A stretch of DNA of 64,000 nt from an uncultured Gammaproteobacteria bacterium (GTDB taxonomy: Bacteria > Pseudomonadota > Gammaproteobacteria > DRLM01), in NCBI GenBank assembly GCA_963729605.1, contig CAVSNY010000007.1, forward strand, positions 832,001 to 896,000. The letters run 5' to 3'. Positions 18,791 to 28,674 of this stretch are shown piece after piece. Made by a program: the position numbers and the translations under genes. Position 1 is the stretch's first letter, and each line of letters starts with the position of its first letter. Below the pieces are notes generated by a model that ran no database searches, was not told where the DNA came from, and saw only the letters and a program-made list of their open reading frames with translations.

Positions 18791-18941
18791 CAACGCAAAG
18801 GCGCCAAGGCGCAAAGAAAGATTTCATCGCTTGATTGGCGGTGCTCGGGTAATGACGCACGGTCATTGCAGTGTCGCTCGCGTAAAAATGTAGTCTGAAA
18901 AAACCATGGCATGAACTCGCCGTCTTCACGCCTTTGCGTGG
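18791..18941. repeat. Intergenic inverted repeat, 9-bp-period family
   Basis: CAACGCAAAGGCGCCAAGGCGCAAAG...CTCGCCGTCTTCACGCCTTTGCGTGG. Confidence 0.6.
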
Positions 18942-18954
18942 TGATTTTAAAAAT

Positions 18955-20250
18955 TTAAACGGTCTCCGCGACCTCGCGCGCCGCCGCCACCAAGGCCAGG
19001 CGCGCGATCACGCCGTAGGCGTAGAAACGGTTGGGGTTGGCGTCGGGCGCGCGGTTGCGGTCCGGGTTGTTGCAACATTCGGCGAAGGCCAGCGGTTCGA
19101 AGGCCATGCCCGGCGCGTTGAGATTTTCGTCGGGGCCGCGGCCGGTGTGGATGCGGTAGAAACCGCCCACCACGTAGTGGTCCATCATGTACACCACCGG
19201 TTCGGCCACCGATTGCCGATCGCCCCAGGTCTCGAAGGTGTAGACGCCTTCCTGCAAGATCACTTGGCTGATCTCCTGGCCGCCTTTGCTGGCCGCCATT
19301 CTGGTGCGCTGTTTACGGTTGAGGTCGCGGACCTCCTGCTCCGAGTGGACCATCATCACCCCCATGCCGTAGGTGCCGGCATCGGCCTTCACCACCACGA
19401 AGGGGCGCTTGTCGATGCCGTATTCATCGTATTTGCGCTGGATGTTGACGAGCAGGGTGTTGACGTTTCGCGCCAGACACTCTTCGCCTTCGCGTTTGGT
19501 GAAGTTGATCTCGCCGCATTGCAGGAACAGCGGGTCGATCAGCCAGGGATCGATGTCGATGAGCGCGGCGAATTCGCGGGCCACCGCGCGGTAATGAGTG
19601 AAGTGATCGGACTTGAGGCGGTTGGACCAGCCCAGCACCAGCGGCGGGCTCACCGGTTGGTCGAGATTTTCCAGGATCGCCGGTCGGCCGGCGGAAAGAT
19701 CGTTGTTGAGCAGGATCAGGCACGGCGTGAAACCGACGACGCCGAGTTTGTCGCCGGTGCGTATCAAGGGTTCCAGGCGCACCCGGCGGCCGGAGGGCAG
19801 GCCGATCTCGGTGGGTTCGCGCACTTCATCGAGCAGGGAACCGACCCGCACCTCGAAGCCCGCCTTGCCGATGATCTCGACCAAGGTGGCGACGCTCTCC
19901 ATGTAGAACAGATTGCGGGTGTGGTTCTCCGGGATCAGCAACACCTTGGCCGCCGCCGGGCACACCCGTTCAATCGCCGATTCCACCGCTTGAATGCACA
20001 GCGGGATGAAGGCCGGATTGAGATTGTTGAATCCGGCGGGGAAAAGGTTGGTATCGACCGGCGCCAACTTGAAACCGGCGTTGCGCAAATCCACCGAACA
20101 ATAAAAAGGCGCGGGGGTTTCCCGCCATTGGCCGCGGAACCAGCTTTCAATGGCGGTTTGCCGGTCGAGCAGATGCCGCTCGATGGTGAGCAACGGGCCG
20201 GTGAGGGCCGTGGTGAGATTGGGGACCGCGTGCAGATGTTCGATGCTCAT
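18955..20250 (-). CDS. gshA: Glutamate--cysteine ligase (TIGR02049 type)
   Basis: SVDLRNAGFKLAPVDTNLFPAGFNNL, KADAGTYGMG and VGGFYR.H..RGPDENLNAPG; adjacent to gshB. Confidence 0.93.
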   Translation of the reverse strand: MSIEHLHAVPNLTTALTGPLLTIERHLLDRQTAIESWFRGQWRETPAPFYCSVDLRNAGFKLAPVDTNLFPAGFNNLNPAFIPLCIQAVESAIERVCPAAAKVLLIPENHTRNLFYMESVATLVEIIGKAGFEVRVGSLLDEVREPTEIGLPSGRRVRLEPLIRTGDKLGVVGFTPCLILLNNDLSAGRPAILENLDQPVSPPLVLGWSNRLKSDHFTHYRAVAREFAALIDIDPWLIDPLFLQCGEINFTKREGEECLARNVNTLLVNIQRKYDEYGIDKRPFVVVKADAGTYGMGVMMVHSEQEVRDLNRKQRTRMAASKGGQEISQVILQEGVYTFETWGDRQSVAEPVVYMMDHYVVGGFYRIHTGRGPDENLNAPGMAFEPLAFAECCNNPDRNRAPDANPNRFYAYGVIARLALVAAAREVAETV

Positions 20251-20357
20251 AGACCACCATTGAGTCGACGCCGGAGGGCCGAATCATAACACAGGCCCGC
20301 CGCGCCGCCGCGCGGGTGTTTAAGACGGTATTATGGAAGTTGCGGATGTTGCCGTGA

Positions 20358-21089
20358 CTAGACGAAGTCGCCCCAGCGGGCGAGCAGCGCCGCCAACGCG
20401 GCGACCGCCGCGGTTTCGGTGCGGAGGATGCGCGGTCCCAGCCGCAGACCCGTGTACCCCGCTTGTTTGGCGAAGGCGATTTCGTGATCGGTGAGGCCGC
20501 CTTCGGGGCCGATCAGCAAGCTCACGGGACCGCTGGGAGCGGGCAGCGCGCCGAGCGTGGTATCCGCCTCGGGGTCGAGCACCAGCGCCGGGCCCGTGGC
20601 CGGTTCGGCAAGCCAGGCCGGCAGCGTGCGGGGCGCGGCGATTTCCGGCACGTGATTGCGGCCGGATTGTTCGCAGGCGCTGATCACCACGGCTTGCCAG
20701 TGTTGCACGCGTTTATCCAGGCGTTCGCCGCCGAGTTGCACGCCGCAGCGTTCGGTGAACAGCGGGATGATGCGCTTCACGCCCAGTTCCACCGCCTTTT
20801 GCACCGTGTAGTCCATGCGTTCCCCGCGCGAGATGCCTTGCGCCAGCCACACGTCGAGCGGCGGTTCGCAATCCCGTTGGTGATGAACGTCCACCCGGAC
20901 GAGCACGCGGCGTTTGTCGACGGCCTCGATCACGGCGGCGAATTCACCGCCTTGGCCATTGAAGAGAATCAGCGGCGCGCCCGGCGGCAAACGCAATACG
21001 CGGGCGACGTGATTGGCGGCGGTGTCGTGCAATTGTACGGACGAGCCGCTGAGCAGCGGGGCGGGGTGGTATATACGAGGGCTGCGCAT
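20358..21089 (-). CDS. rsmE: 16S rRNA m3U1498 methyltransferase
   Basis: HVARVLRL, QKAVELGV, ACEQSGR, IGPEGG and LGPRILRTETA; start placed at MRSPRIY. Confidence 0.95.
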   Translation of the reverse strand: MRSPRIYHPAPLLSGSSVQLHDTAANHVARVLRLPPGAPLILFNGQGGEFAAVIEAVDKRRVLVRVDVHHQRDCEPPLDVWLAQGISRGERMDYTVQKAVELGVKRIIPLFTERCGVQLGGERLDKRVQHWQAVVISACEQSGRNHVPEIAAPRTLPAWLAEPATGPALVLDPEADTTLGALPAPSGPVSLLIGPEGGLTDHEIAFAKQAGYTGLRLGPRILRTETAAVAALAALLARWGDFV

Positions 21090-21296
21090 GGCTGGGTAGT
21101 CGGGTGAAAACGATGGCGCTACTTTACTAAGAACGTCGTGCGTAAGGCCACTGTTTTGCTGGAGTCGCGAATGTCGGGTGGACGCGGAACAGATGCTCGC
21201 GAGGGCGGTAGGAGATGGGCGCCGATTCGTTTGTCGCCGTGGCGTGGGTCGCGATGGTAGGCCGCGAAAAATCATTCCGCGGCTGGACCGCCATGT

Positions 21297-22661
21297 TCAT
21301 CCACGAGTGGCGAATTGTATGCCTTGCCACGCCGCCTCCGCCATCAGTTGAATCTCCGGCGGGGTGATGACATAGGGCGGCATGAAATACACCACGTCGC
21401 CCAGCGGCCGCAGCAGCACGCCTTTTTTCAACGCGTGTCGATAGACGCGCAGGCCGCGGCGTTCCTGCCAGGGATACGCTTCGCGCGCCGATTTATTTTT
21501 TACCATTTCGATGGCGACGATCATGCCGCACTGGCGCACCTCGGCCACATGCGGGTGGTCGGCGAACTCGGCGGTGGCTTCCCGCAAGTGGGCGGCGAGC
21601 GCGTGATTTCGTTCTATGGTTCGATCCTGCGCGAAGATGTCGAGGGTGGCCAGCGCCGCGCGGCAGCCGAGCGGATTGCCGGTGTAGCTGTGCGAGTGCA
21701 GAAAGGCGGTGAGATTCTGGTAATCGTCGTAAAAGGCCTGATAGATTTCTTCGCGGGTGAGCACCGCCGCCAAGGGCAGATAACCGCCGGTGAGGCCTTT
21801 GGAGAGGCACATGAAGTCGGGTGTGATGCGCGCCTGTTCACACGCGAACAGCGTGCCGGTGCGGCCGAAACCCACGGCGATTTCGTCGGCGATGAGGTGC
21901 ACGCCGTAGTCATCGCAGGCCGCGCGCAGCAATTGCAGATACACCGGATCGTACATGCGCATGCGGCCGGCGCACTGCACCAGCGGTTCGACGATGACGG
22001 CGCACACCTCCTCGGCGTGCCGTTCGAGCGCCTGACGCATTGGCTCGAATAGGCGCGCGGAGTGCTCCGCCCAACTGGCGCCCGCCTCGCGCTGGAAACA
22101 ATCGGGAGAGGCGACGGTGATCACGTCCATCAGCAAGGGCCGGTAGGTCTGTTTGTAGAGCGCCACGTCGCCCACCGCCAGCGCGCCGAGGGTCTCGCCG
22201 TGATAGCTGTTGTTCAAGGTGATGAACCGGGTTTTTTTCACCGCGCCGCGATTGCGCCAATAATGAAAGCTCATTTTCAACGCGACTTCCACGGCGGAGG
22301 AGCCGTTGTCGGCGTAAAAACAGCGGGTGAGGCCGGGCGGCGCCAGGCCGATTAGACGTTCGGCGAGTTCCACGGCGGGCCTATGGGTGAAACCCGCCAG
22401 CAGCACATGTTCTAACTCGTCGAGCTGTTCGCGCAGCGCGGCGTTGATGCGCGGATTGGCATGGCCGAACAGGTTTACCCACCACGAACTGATGGCGTCG
22501 AGATAACGTTTGCCGTCGAAGTCCTCCAGCCATACGCCTTCGCCGCGCCGGATCGGGATCGGCGGCAGGGTTTCATGGTCCTTCATCTGGCTGCAAGGGT
22601 GCCATAACACGGCCAGATCGCGGGCCGTCAGGGCGCTGTTGTTGGATTGTTTGCGTGACAT
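21297..22661 (-). CDS. bioA: Adenosylmethionine-8-amino-7-oxononanoate aminotransferase
   Basis: WHPCSQMK, DAISSWWVN.FGH, DEIAVGFGRTG, SKGLTGGYLP and HSHSYTGNP. Confidence 0.96.
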   Translation of the reverse strand: MSRKQSNNSALTARDLAVLWHPCSQMKDHETLPPIPIRRGEGVWLEDFDGKRYLDAISSWWVNLFGHANPRINAALREQLDELEHVLLAGFTHRPAVELAERLIGLAPPGLTRCFYADNGSSAVEVALKMSFHYWRNRGAVKKTRFITLNNSYHGETLGALAVGDVALYKQTYRPLLMDVITVASPDCFQREAGASWAEHSARLFEPMRQALERHAEEVCAVIVEPLVQCAGRMRMYDPVYLQLLRAACDDYGVHLIADEIAVGFGRTGTLFACEQARITPDFMCLSKGLTGGYLPLAAVLTREEIYQAFYDDYQNLTAFLHSHSYTGNPLGCRAALATLDIFAQDRTIERNHALAAHLREATAEFADHPHVAEVRQCGMIVAIEMVKNKSAREAYPWQERRGLRVYRHALKKGVLLRPLGDVVYFMPPYVITPPEIQLMAEAAWQGIQFATRG

Positions 22662-22736
22662 CCGTGTGTTGTCCGCTTGGCCGGGCGAGCTAGGTTAACA
22701 CAGGGGATATTGCGGCGGTAAACAGCGACCAATTCA

Positions 22737-22753
22737 TGTCGGGATTATTTACA
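22737..22753 (+). promoter_or_regulatory. PEP-CTERM box (putative PrsR enhancer) TGTCGGGATTATTTACA
   Basis: Matches the two 17-bp boxes at 48660 and 48756; lies ~62 bp upstream of a sigma54 promoter. Confidence 0.7.
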
Positions 22754-22815
22754 AGGCGTTTAGGTCGCGGTCCAAACGTAATGAAAGTTTCTATAGAAAT
22801 AGGGACTTAAAAACT

Positions 22816-22831
22816 TGGCAAGCCAATTGCT
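22816..22831 (+). promoter_or_regulatory. Sigma54 promoter TGGCAAGCCAATTGCT
   Basis: GG-N10-GC -24/-12 spacing upstream of a PEP-CTERM gene. Confidence 0.75.
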
Positions 22832-22973
22832 CTAGCTGGACTGCGGACGTATCGCGCCGGTTTCCACTCAGTGAAACCACAAAAGCCTTCCACGGATGCA
22901 ACTTCACGATGTAACGGGTTACGGATTCCCTGCTTTGCGCGTTGTTTGGTTACACAAAGCACTAGGGTGATTC

Positions 22974-23948
22974 ATGAGTAAACGTTTGTTTGGTTCATTA
23001 GCCATATTGTTGAGCATGAGCGGCGCGGCCGTCGCGGGGCCGGTGATCACGCCGGTGATACTCGAAGGCAATTACATTCGTACCACTATCGGGCACTACG
23101 GCACCTTGGGTAACGGTTATGCCGCACCGGGCTTGCAGTACGACGCCTCGGGCGCCGGCAGTTTCAGCGGCGGCGATTTTCTCACGCCGGGCTCGCCTTG
23201 GGACTACTTCACGATGAAGGCCGATCAGACCGGTGGCGTCACCGGCAACAACAATGATCCCGGCGCCGGCCAGCACGATTTTAGTCCCCTGTTTTTGGAG
23301 GATCTGAGCGGTCTCAACGGTTTTGATAATCACGTGCGTTGGGTCGGCGTCAGCGAATCGGCCAGGCTCACCAACGAGTATTTTTTCAACGACGACGACC
23401 AGCGTATTCAGGTCCTTACCACGATTACCGCGTATAGCCGGCTCAATAACCTGGTCTTCGCGCGCAGCATCGATCCGGATCAGGATGCCGGATACGGCAC
23501 GACCGATACCGTCAACGGCCGCGGCTACGACGCCAATAATGACGGCGACTACGACGATCCGGGCGATGTCGCGCCGCAGAACTGGGTGCATTCGCAAGGT
23601 CCCTACAGCGGGCTGGTCTTGGGTTTATTTTCAAATTCACCCTATGCCCATGGCACCGGCGTTTCTTCCGGCTGGGAAATCGATCCCGATTTCTTTCTCG
23701 CGATGAATGACGATGGCGACGGCGATCATACCCTGGGCCTCGCCTTCAACCTGGGCGATTTGCTGCGCGATGAATCGCTTTCTTTCACCTATTCCTACGT
23801 ATTGGCCGCCAGTTTGAGCGCCGCGGCTCTGCCCGCGCAAGATGTGCAAAGCCGCGGCGTACCCGAGCCGGATACGCTGGCGCTGCTGAGTTTGGGGGTG
23901 GTTGGGCTAGGGGCATTCGCTCGTCGCCGGGCGCGCGATAACAAATAA
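22974..23948 (+). CDS. PEP-CTERM sorting domain surface protein
   Basis: Signal peptide, Asp/Gly-rich body and C-terminal VPEPDTLALLSLGVVGLGAFARRRAR. Confidence 0.92.
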   Translation: MSKRLFGSLAILLSMSGAAVAGPVITPVILEGNYIRTTIGHYGTLGNGYAAPGLQYDASGAGSFSGGDFLTPGSPWDYFTMKADQTGGVTGNNNDPGAGQHDFSPLFLEDLSGLNGFDNHVRWVGVSESARLTNEYFFNDDDQRIQVLTTITAYSRLNNLVFARSIDPDQDAGYGTTDTVNGRGYDANNDGDYDDPGDVAPQNWVHSQGPYSGLVLGLFSNSPYAHGTGVSSGWEIDPDFFLAMNDDGDGDHTLGLAFNLGDLLRDESLSFTYSYVLAASLSAAALPAQDVQSRGVPEPDTLALLSLGVVGLGAFARRRARDNK

Positions 23949-23976
23949 CAACTATAAAAATACAAACTAAAAATTG

Positions 23977-24000
23977 ACGGCCCGTAAGGGCCGTTTTTTT
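23977..24000 (+). terminator. Rho-independent terminator
   Basis: ACGGCCC-GTAA-GGGCCGT followed by a T tract. Confidence 0.85.
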
Positions 24001-24110
24001 GTACTCGGAAAAGCAGAGTTGCAAGGGCGGTTCAACGCGAGATTATCCCGCGCGTTGACTGGGCGTGTTAAAAAATATTTCTAAGGGACCTCTGATTTAT
24101 TCAGAACTTC

Positions 24111-24974
24111 CTAGGCCGGTTTGCTTTGTATGCCGAGGTTGCGCCAGATGCTGGTGGTGGGTCCGGCCTGGTTCATGGTGTAGAAATGCAGGCCAGGCGC
24201 GCCGCCCTGCAACAAGGTGCGGCATAGGTCGGTAACCACCTCGAGGCCGAAGGCGCGCAGGGATTTCACGTCGTCGCCGTAGGCCTCCAGCCGCTTGCGT
24301 ATCCAGCGCGGGATCTCGGCGCCGCAAGCGTCGGAGAAACGGGCGAGTTGCACGTAATTGGTGATGGGCATGATGCCCGGCACGATGGGTAGATCCAAAC
24401 CCATTTTTTCGCAAGCGTCCACGAAACGGAAATAGGCGTCGGCGTTGTAGAAATATTGGGTGATCGCCGCGTCGGCGCCGGCCTGCACTTTGCGTTTGAA
24501 ATTGCGCAGGTCCGCCTCCGCGTTGAGTGCCTGCGGGTGAAACTCCGGATAGGCCGCGACTTCGATGAAGAAGTGATCGCCGGTCTCGCCGCGGATGAAT
24601 TCCACCAGTTCGTTGGCATAGCGGAATTCGCCGGCCTCGCGCATGCCCGAAGGCATATCGCCGCGCAGGGCCACCAGGTGGCGGATGTTTTGCGATTTAT
24701 AGTTGTCGAGGATTTGCCGGATGTTGGCCTTGGTGGAGCCGATGCACGACAAGTGCGGCGCCACGTCGATGCCGGTTTCTTGTTTGATCTCGCGCACGGT
24801 TTCGAAGGTGCGTTCCTGAGTCGAACCGCCGGCGCCGAAGGTCACCGAGGCGAAACAGGGTTTGAGCGGCGTGAGTTCGGCGCAGGTCTCGCGCAGCTTG
24901 GCCGCGCTCTCCGCGCTTTTGGGCGGGAAAAATTCGACGCTGTAGGCTTTGGGGTAAATTTTTTGTGATTTCAT
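24111..24974 (-). CDS. metF: 5,10-methylenetetrahydrofolate reductase
   Basis: SVEFFPPK, SVTFGAGGST, ALRGD.P, AAYPE.HP, ITQYF and GLHFYTMN. Confidence 0.96.
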   Translation of the reverse strand: MKSQKIYPKAYSVEFFPPKSAESAAKLRETCAELTPLKPCFASVTFGAGGSTQERTFETVREIKQETGIDVAPHLSCIGSTKANIRQILDNYKSQNIRHLVALRGDMPSGMREAGEFRYANELVEFIRGETGDHFFIEVAAYPEFHPQALNAEADLRNFKRKVQAGADAAITQYFYNADAYFRFVDACEKMGLDLPIVPGIMPITNYVQLARFSDACGAEIPRWIRKRLEAYGDDVKSLRAFGLEVVTDLCRTLLQGGAPGLHFYTMNQAGPTTSIWRNLGIQSKPA

Positions 24975-24989
24975 GGCGGCCCATCAAAT

Positions 24990-25100
24990 GTAGGGTGGGT
25001 TAGGCGTACGGCGCCTAACCCACCAGACGTCGCCGCAGGCGACTCACTGTGTCGCCCATGGCGACGGATCGGTGGGTTACGCTTCGCTAACCCACCCTGC
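24990..25100. repeat. REPIN-like doublet of GTAG-family REP palindromes
   Basis: GTAGGGTGGGTTAGGCG-TAC-GGCGCCTAACCCACC, and an inverted GGTGGGTTACGCTTCGCTAACCCACCCTGC, between ahcY and metF. Confidence 0.75.
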
Positions 25101-25114
25101 ATGCCACATTCAAA

Positions 25115-26533
25115 TCAATACCGGTAGTGATCCGACTTGTACGGACCCGTTTTCGGTACGCCGATGTATTTGGCCTGCTCGTCGCTGAGCTCGGTGAGCA
25201 CGGCGTTGAGCTTCTTCAATTGCAGGCGCGCGACCTTTTCGTCGAGGTGTTTCGGTAGCGTGTAAACGCCGACCGGATATTTGCCGGAGTCGCGTTCGCT
25301 CCAGAGTTCGATTTGCGCGATGGTTTGATTGGCGAACGACGAACTCATCACGTACGAGGGATGGCCGGTGCCGCAGCCGAGGTTCACCAGGCGGCCCTTG
25401 GCGAGCAGGATGATGCGTTTGCCGTCGGGGAAGATCACGTGATCGACCTGCGGCTTGATCTCTTCCCACTGGTATTTCTCGATCGAGGCGACGTCGATCT
25501 CGTTGTCGAAATGGCCGATATTGCAGACGATGGCCTGGTCTTTCATCCGGGCCATGTGATCGTGGGTGATGACGTTGTAATTGCCGGTGGCGGTGACGAA
25601 GATGTCGGCCTTGTCGGCGGCGTAGTCCATCGTCACCACGCGGTAGCCTTCCATCGCGGCCTGCAATGCGCAGATCGGATCGATCTCGGTGACCCACACC
25701 TGCGCCGACAGCGCGCGCAGCGCCTGGGCCGAGCCCTTGCCGACGTCGCCGTAGCCCGCGACCACGGCGATCTTGCCGGCGATCATCACGTCGGTCGCGC
25801 GCTTGATGCCGTCGACCAGCGACTCGCGGCAGCCGTACAGATTATCGAACTTGGACTTGGTGACCGAGTCGTTGACGTTGATGCCGGGGAATTTCAGCTC
25901 GCCGCGCGCGTGCATCTGATAGAGGCGGTGCACGCCGGTGGTGGTCTCTTCAGTGACGCCGCGGATGGCCGCGAGATTCTTCGAATACCAGCCCGGCTGC
26001 GACGCGATGCGCTTTTTGATCGCCGCGAACAGGATGCGTTCTTCTTCGCTGGTCGGCTTGCCCAGTACCGATGCGTCTTTCTCCGCGCGCGCGCCGAGGT
26101 GCAACAGCAGAGTGGCGTCGCCGCCGTCGTCGAGGATCATGTTGGCGGTGCCGCCGTCATGCCATTCGAAGATGCGGTGGGTGTAATCCCAATATTCTTC
26201 CAGCGTCTCGCCCTTGATCGCGAACACCGGCGTGCCGGCCGCGGCGATGGCGGCGGCGGCGTGGTCCTGGGTCGAGAAGATGTTGCACGAGGCCCAGCGC
26301 ACGTCGGCGCCGAGCGCCTTCAAGGTCTCGATCAGCACCGCGGTCTGGATGGTCATGTGCAGCGAACCGGCGATGCGTGCGCCCTTGAGCGGCTGGCTCG
26401 CGGCGTATTCGTCGCGGATGGCCATCAGCCCGGGCATCTCGGTCTCGGCGATGCGGATCTCTTTGCGGCCCCAGTCGGCGAGTTTCAGGTCGGCGACAAT
26501 AAAATCGCCCGAAGATTGAACGACAGCGTTCAT
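25115..26533 (-). CDS. ahcY: Adenosylhomocysteinase
   Basis: [42 protein letters not shown] and [14 protein letters not shown]. Confidence 0.98.
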   Translation of the reverse strand: MNAVVQSSGDFIVADLKLADWGRKEIRIAETEMPGLMAIRDEYAASQPLKGARIAGSLHMTIQTAVLIETLKALGADVRWASCNIFSTQDHAAAAIAAAGTPVFAIKGETLEEYWDYTHRIFEWHDGGTANMILDDGGDATLLLHLGARAEKDASVLGKPTSEEERILFAAIKKRIASQPGWYSKNLAAIRGVTEETTTGVHRLYQMHARGELKFPGINVNDSVTKSKFDNLYGCRESLVDGIKRATDVMIAGKIAVVAGYGDVGKGSAQALRALSAQVWVTEIDPICALQAAMEGYRVVTMDYAADKADIFVTATGNYNVITHDHMARMKDQAIVCNIGHFDNEIDVASIEKYQWEEIKPQVDHVIFPDGKRIILLAKGRLVNLGCGTGHPSYVMSSSFANQTIAQIELWSERDSGKYPVGVYTLPKHLDEKVARLQLKKLNAVLTELSDEQAKYIGVPKTGPYKSDHYRY

Positions 26534-26551
26534 GGTGTATCTCCTAAAAAC

Positions 26552-26620
26552 GAGAGCGCCGTTTCAAGGAGCCGCTTTCCTCGAGCCTGGCGGGGATTCC
26601 GCTGCAGCGCCCCTCGAGGA
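26552..26620 (-). ncRNA. SAH riboswitch
   Basis: Minus strand CCTCGAGGGGCGCTGCAGCGG...CCGCCAGGCTCGAGG...AAACGGCGCTC immediately 5' of ahcY. Confidence 0.9.
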
Positions 26621-26635
26621 TAGCGGCGATGAAGC

Positions 26636-27796
26636 TTAAATACCCGCGGCTTTGCGCAAGGTCTCGGCCTTGTCGGTGCGCTCCCAGGGCACGTCGATGT
26701 CCGCGCGGCCGAAGTGGCCATAAGACGCAGTCTGACGATAGATGGGTTGCAACAGGTTGAGCATGGTGACGATGCCGCGCGGGCGCAGGTCGAAGGTTTC
26801 GCGTATGAGCTCGATGATGCGCGCCTCGCTGATCTTGCCGGTGCCGAAGGTGTCGACCGCGATCGAAGTCGGCTCGGCGACGCCGATGGCGTAGGACACC
26901 TGGATCTCACAGCGGTCGGCAATGCCGGCGGCGACGATGTTCTTGGCGACGTAGCGGCCGGCATAGGCCGCGGAACGGTCCACTTTGCTCGGGTCTTTGC
27001 CGGAGAAGGCGCCGCCGCCGTGGCGCGCCATGCCGCCGTAGGTGTCGACGATGATCTTGCGGCCGGTGAGGCCGCAGTCGCCCACCGGGCCTCCGATGAC
27101 GAAGCGGCCGGTCGGGTTCACGAAATATTTGGTGTCTTTCGACAGCCACTCTTCCGGCAGCACGGGTTTGATGATTTCTTCGATGACGGCTTCGACCAGG
27201 CTGGCCTGGCTGATATCGGGTTTGTGCTGGGTGGAGAGCACCACGGCTTCGACCGCGACGGGCTTGGCGCCGTCATAGCGGATGGTGACCTGGCTCTTGG
27301 CGTCCGGGCGCAGCCACGGCATGACGCCGTTCTTGCGCAGCTCGGCCTGGCGGCGCACGAGGCGGTGCGCATAGGTGATCGGCGCGGGCATCAGCACGTC
27401 GGTTTCGTTCGTGGCGTAGCCGAACATCATGCCCTGGTCGCCGGCGCCCTGTTCGTGATTCTCGGACTCGTCCACGCCCATCGCGATGTCGGGGGACTGC
27501 TTGCCGATGGCGGACAGCACGGCGCAGGACTCCCAGTCGAAGCCCATCTCGGAGCTGTTGTAGCCGATCTCCTTGACGGTCTGGCGCACCACGGCCTCGG
27601 CATCGACCCAGGCCTCGGTGGTGACTTCGCCGGCTAGGACCACCATACCGGTCTTCACGAGGGTCTCGCAGGCGACCCGCGCCTTCTTGTCCTGGGCCAG
27701 GATCGCATCCAGGATCGCGTCGGAAATCTGGTCGGCGACCTTGTCAGGATGCCCCTCCGAGACCGATTCGGAGGTGAATAAATGCCAATTGCTCAT
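26636..27796 (-). CDS. metK: S-adenosylmethionine synthetase
   Basis: [19 protein letters not shown] and [16 protein letters not shown]. Confidence 0.98.
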   Translation of the reverse strand: MSNWHLFTSESVSEGHPDKVADQISDAILDAILAQDKKARVACETLVKTGMVVLAGEVTTEAWVDAEAVVRQTVKEIGYNSSEMGFDWESCAVLSAIGKQSPDIAMGVDESENHEQGAGDQGMMFGYATNETDVLMPAPITYAHRLVRRQAELRKNGVMPWLRPDAKSQVTIRYDGAKPVAVEAVVLSTQHKPDISQASLVEAVIEEIIKPVLPEEWLSKDTKYFVNPTGRFVIGGPVGDCGLTGRKIIVDTYGGMARHGGGAFSGKDPSKVDRSAAYAGRYVAKNIVAAGIADRCEIQVSYAIGVAEPTSIAVDTFGTGKISEARIIELIRETFDLRPRGIVTMLNLLQPIYRQTASYGHFGRADIDVPWERTDKAETLRKAAGI

Positions 27797-28674
27797 GTGT
27801 CCTTGTCCTTGTGGTGCGGCGGCGGAAATTCCGCTCTCGAATGAAATAATTAATTAAGGCGGTACGCCTGCGCCCTGTAAGGACCGCCCAATTTTAAGCG
27901 GCTAATATTAACGTGCCCACCTGCACAGTGCCAGCCCATGGGGCGATATCTATCGCGCGGCCTGGCTGGCGCCCTTGCAAGATCGGCCGTCTAGGGCTTT
28001 TTCTCACTCTTAACGTACAAATATGACAGCACGGTAGGAGCCACCGGCGCTGAGCGTAAAACCCGCTGGCGTCATTAAGGTAGGGATACCGGGGAAACTC
28101 ATTGAATGGATAGTGGGCGGTTGCCTGGGTACCCATCATTGACATGGCACGGTTATTCTTTCGATCCCACGCGCAAAAGACAAGAAGTCGTCGATTGCAC
28201 GCTGATTTTTAAACGCAAGATCGAACCTCCCTTTACGACCCCATCCGTAATAATTACGGCTATTCCATCAACGGGTTGTTCGTCCTTATCATCAAGAGGG
28301 TGCAATGTCAATCGCGAGAGGGTTTTAATGACGCGCCGTTTCTTCTGGCCTTGTGCTTGCCCAAATGGGGCGGGTGAGCGAAAATTGCCGGTTCTTGCCC
28401 CCGGTATAGGGGGCGTGGTGTGCCATGAGACGGCCTATGAGCGAGGCCGGTGATTTACCGGGTTGAGTCAAGGCCGCGGGTGGCGAGCGGGGTTGGTAGG
28501 TGCCGCCGCCGGCGGATGCCGCGGGGCGCGGTGTGGCCGCCGGTTCCCAAACCTGCTTGGCCTTAACCACCCCGAGCCAACGAATGCGAGTGCGCCATCG
28601 CGCTATGAACAAGCCGCGAGTGTTTTTATTGAGTTTATTGGTTTTGGTATTGCAATTCATTTTAGGAGATATAC

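Noticed and set aside
22850-22925. c-di-GMP-I riboswitch in the PEP-CTERM leader
   Set aside because: Only partial likeness (ACAAAAGCC, ACGGGTTAC); the GGCAAAC and GNRA tetraloop/receptor elements are missing. An Infernal scan against the Rfam c-di-GMP-I model would settle it.
17812-27796. Functional supercluster linking glutathione and SAM-cycle genes to arsenic methylation
   Set aside because: The gsh, bioA, metF, ahcY and metK order follows common gammaproteobacterial core synteny, so proximity alone is not evidence.
27800-28000. SAM riboswitch upstream of metK
   Set aside because: No SAM-I, SAM-II or SAM-SAH consensus blocks recognised.
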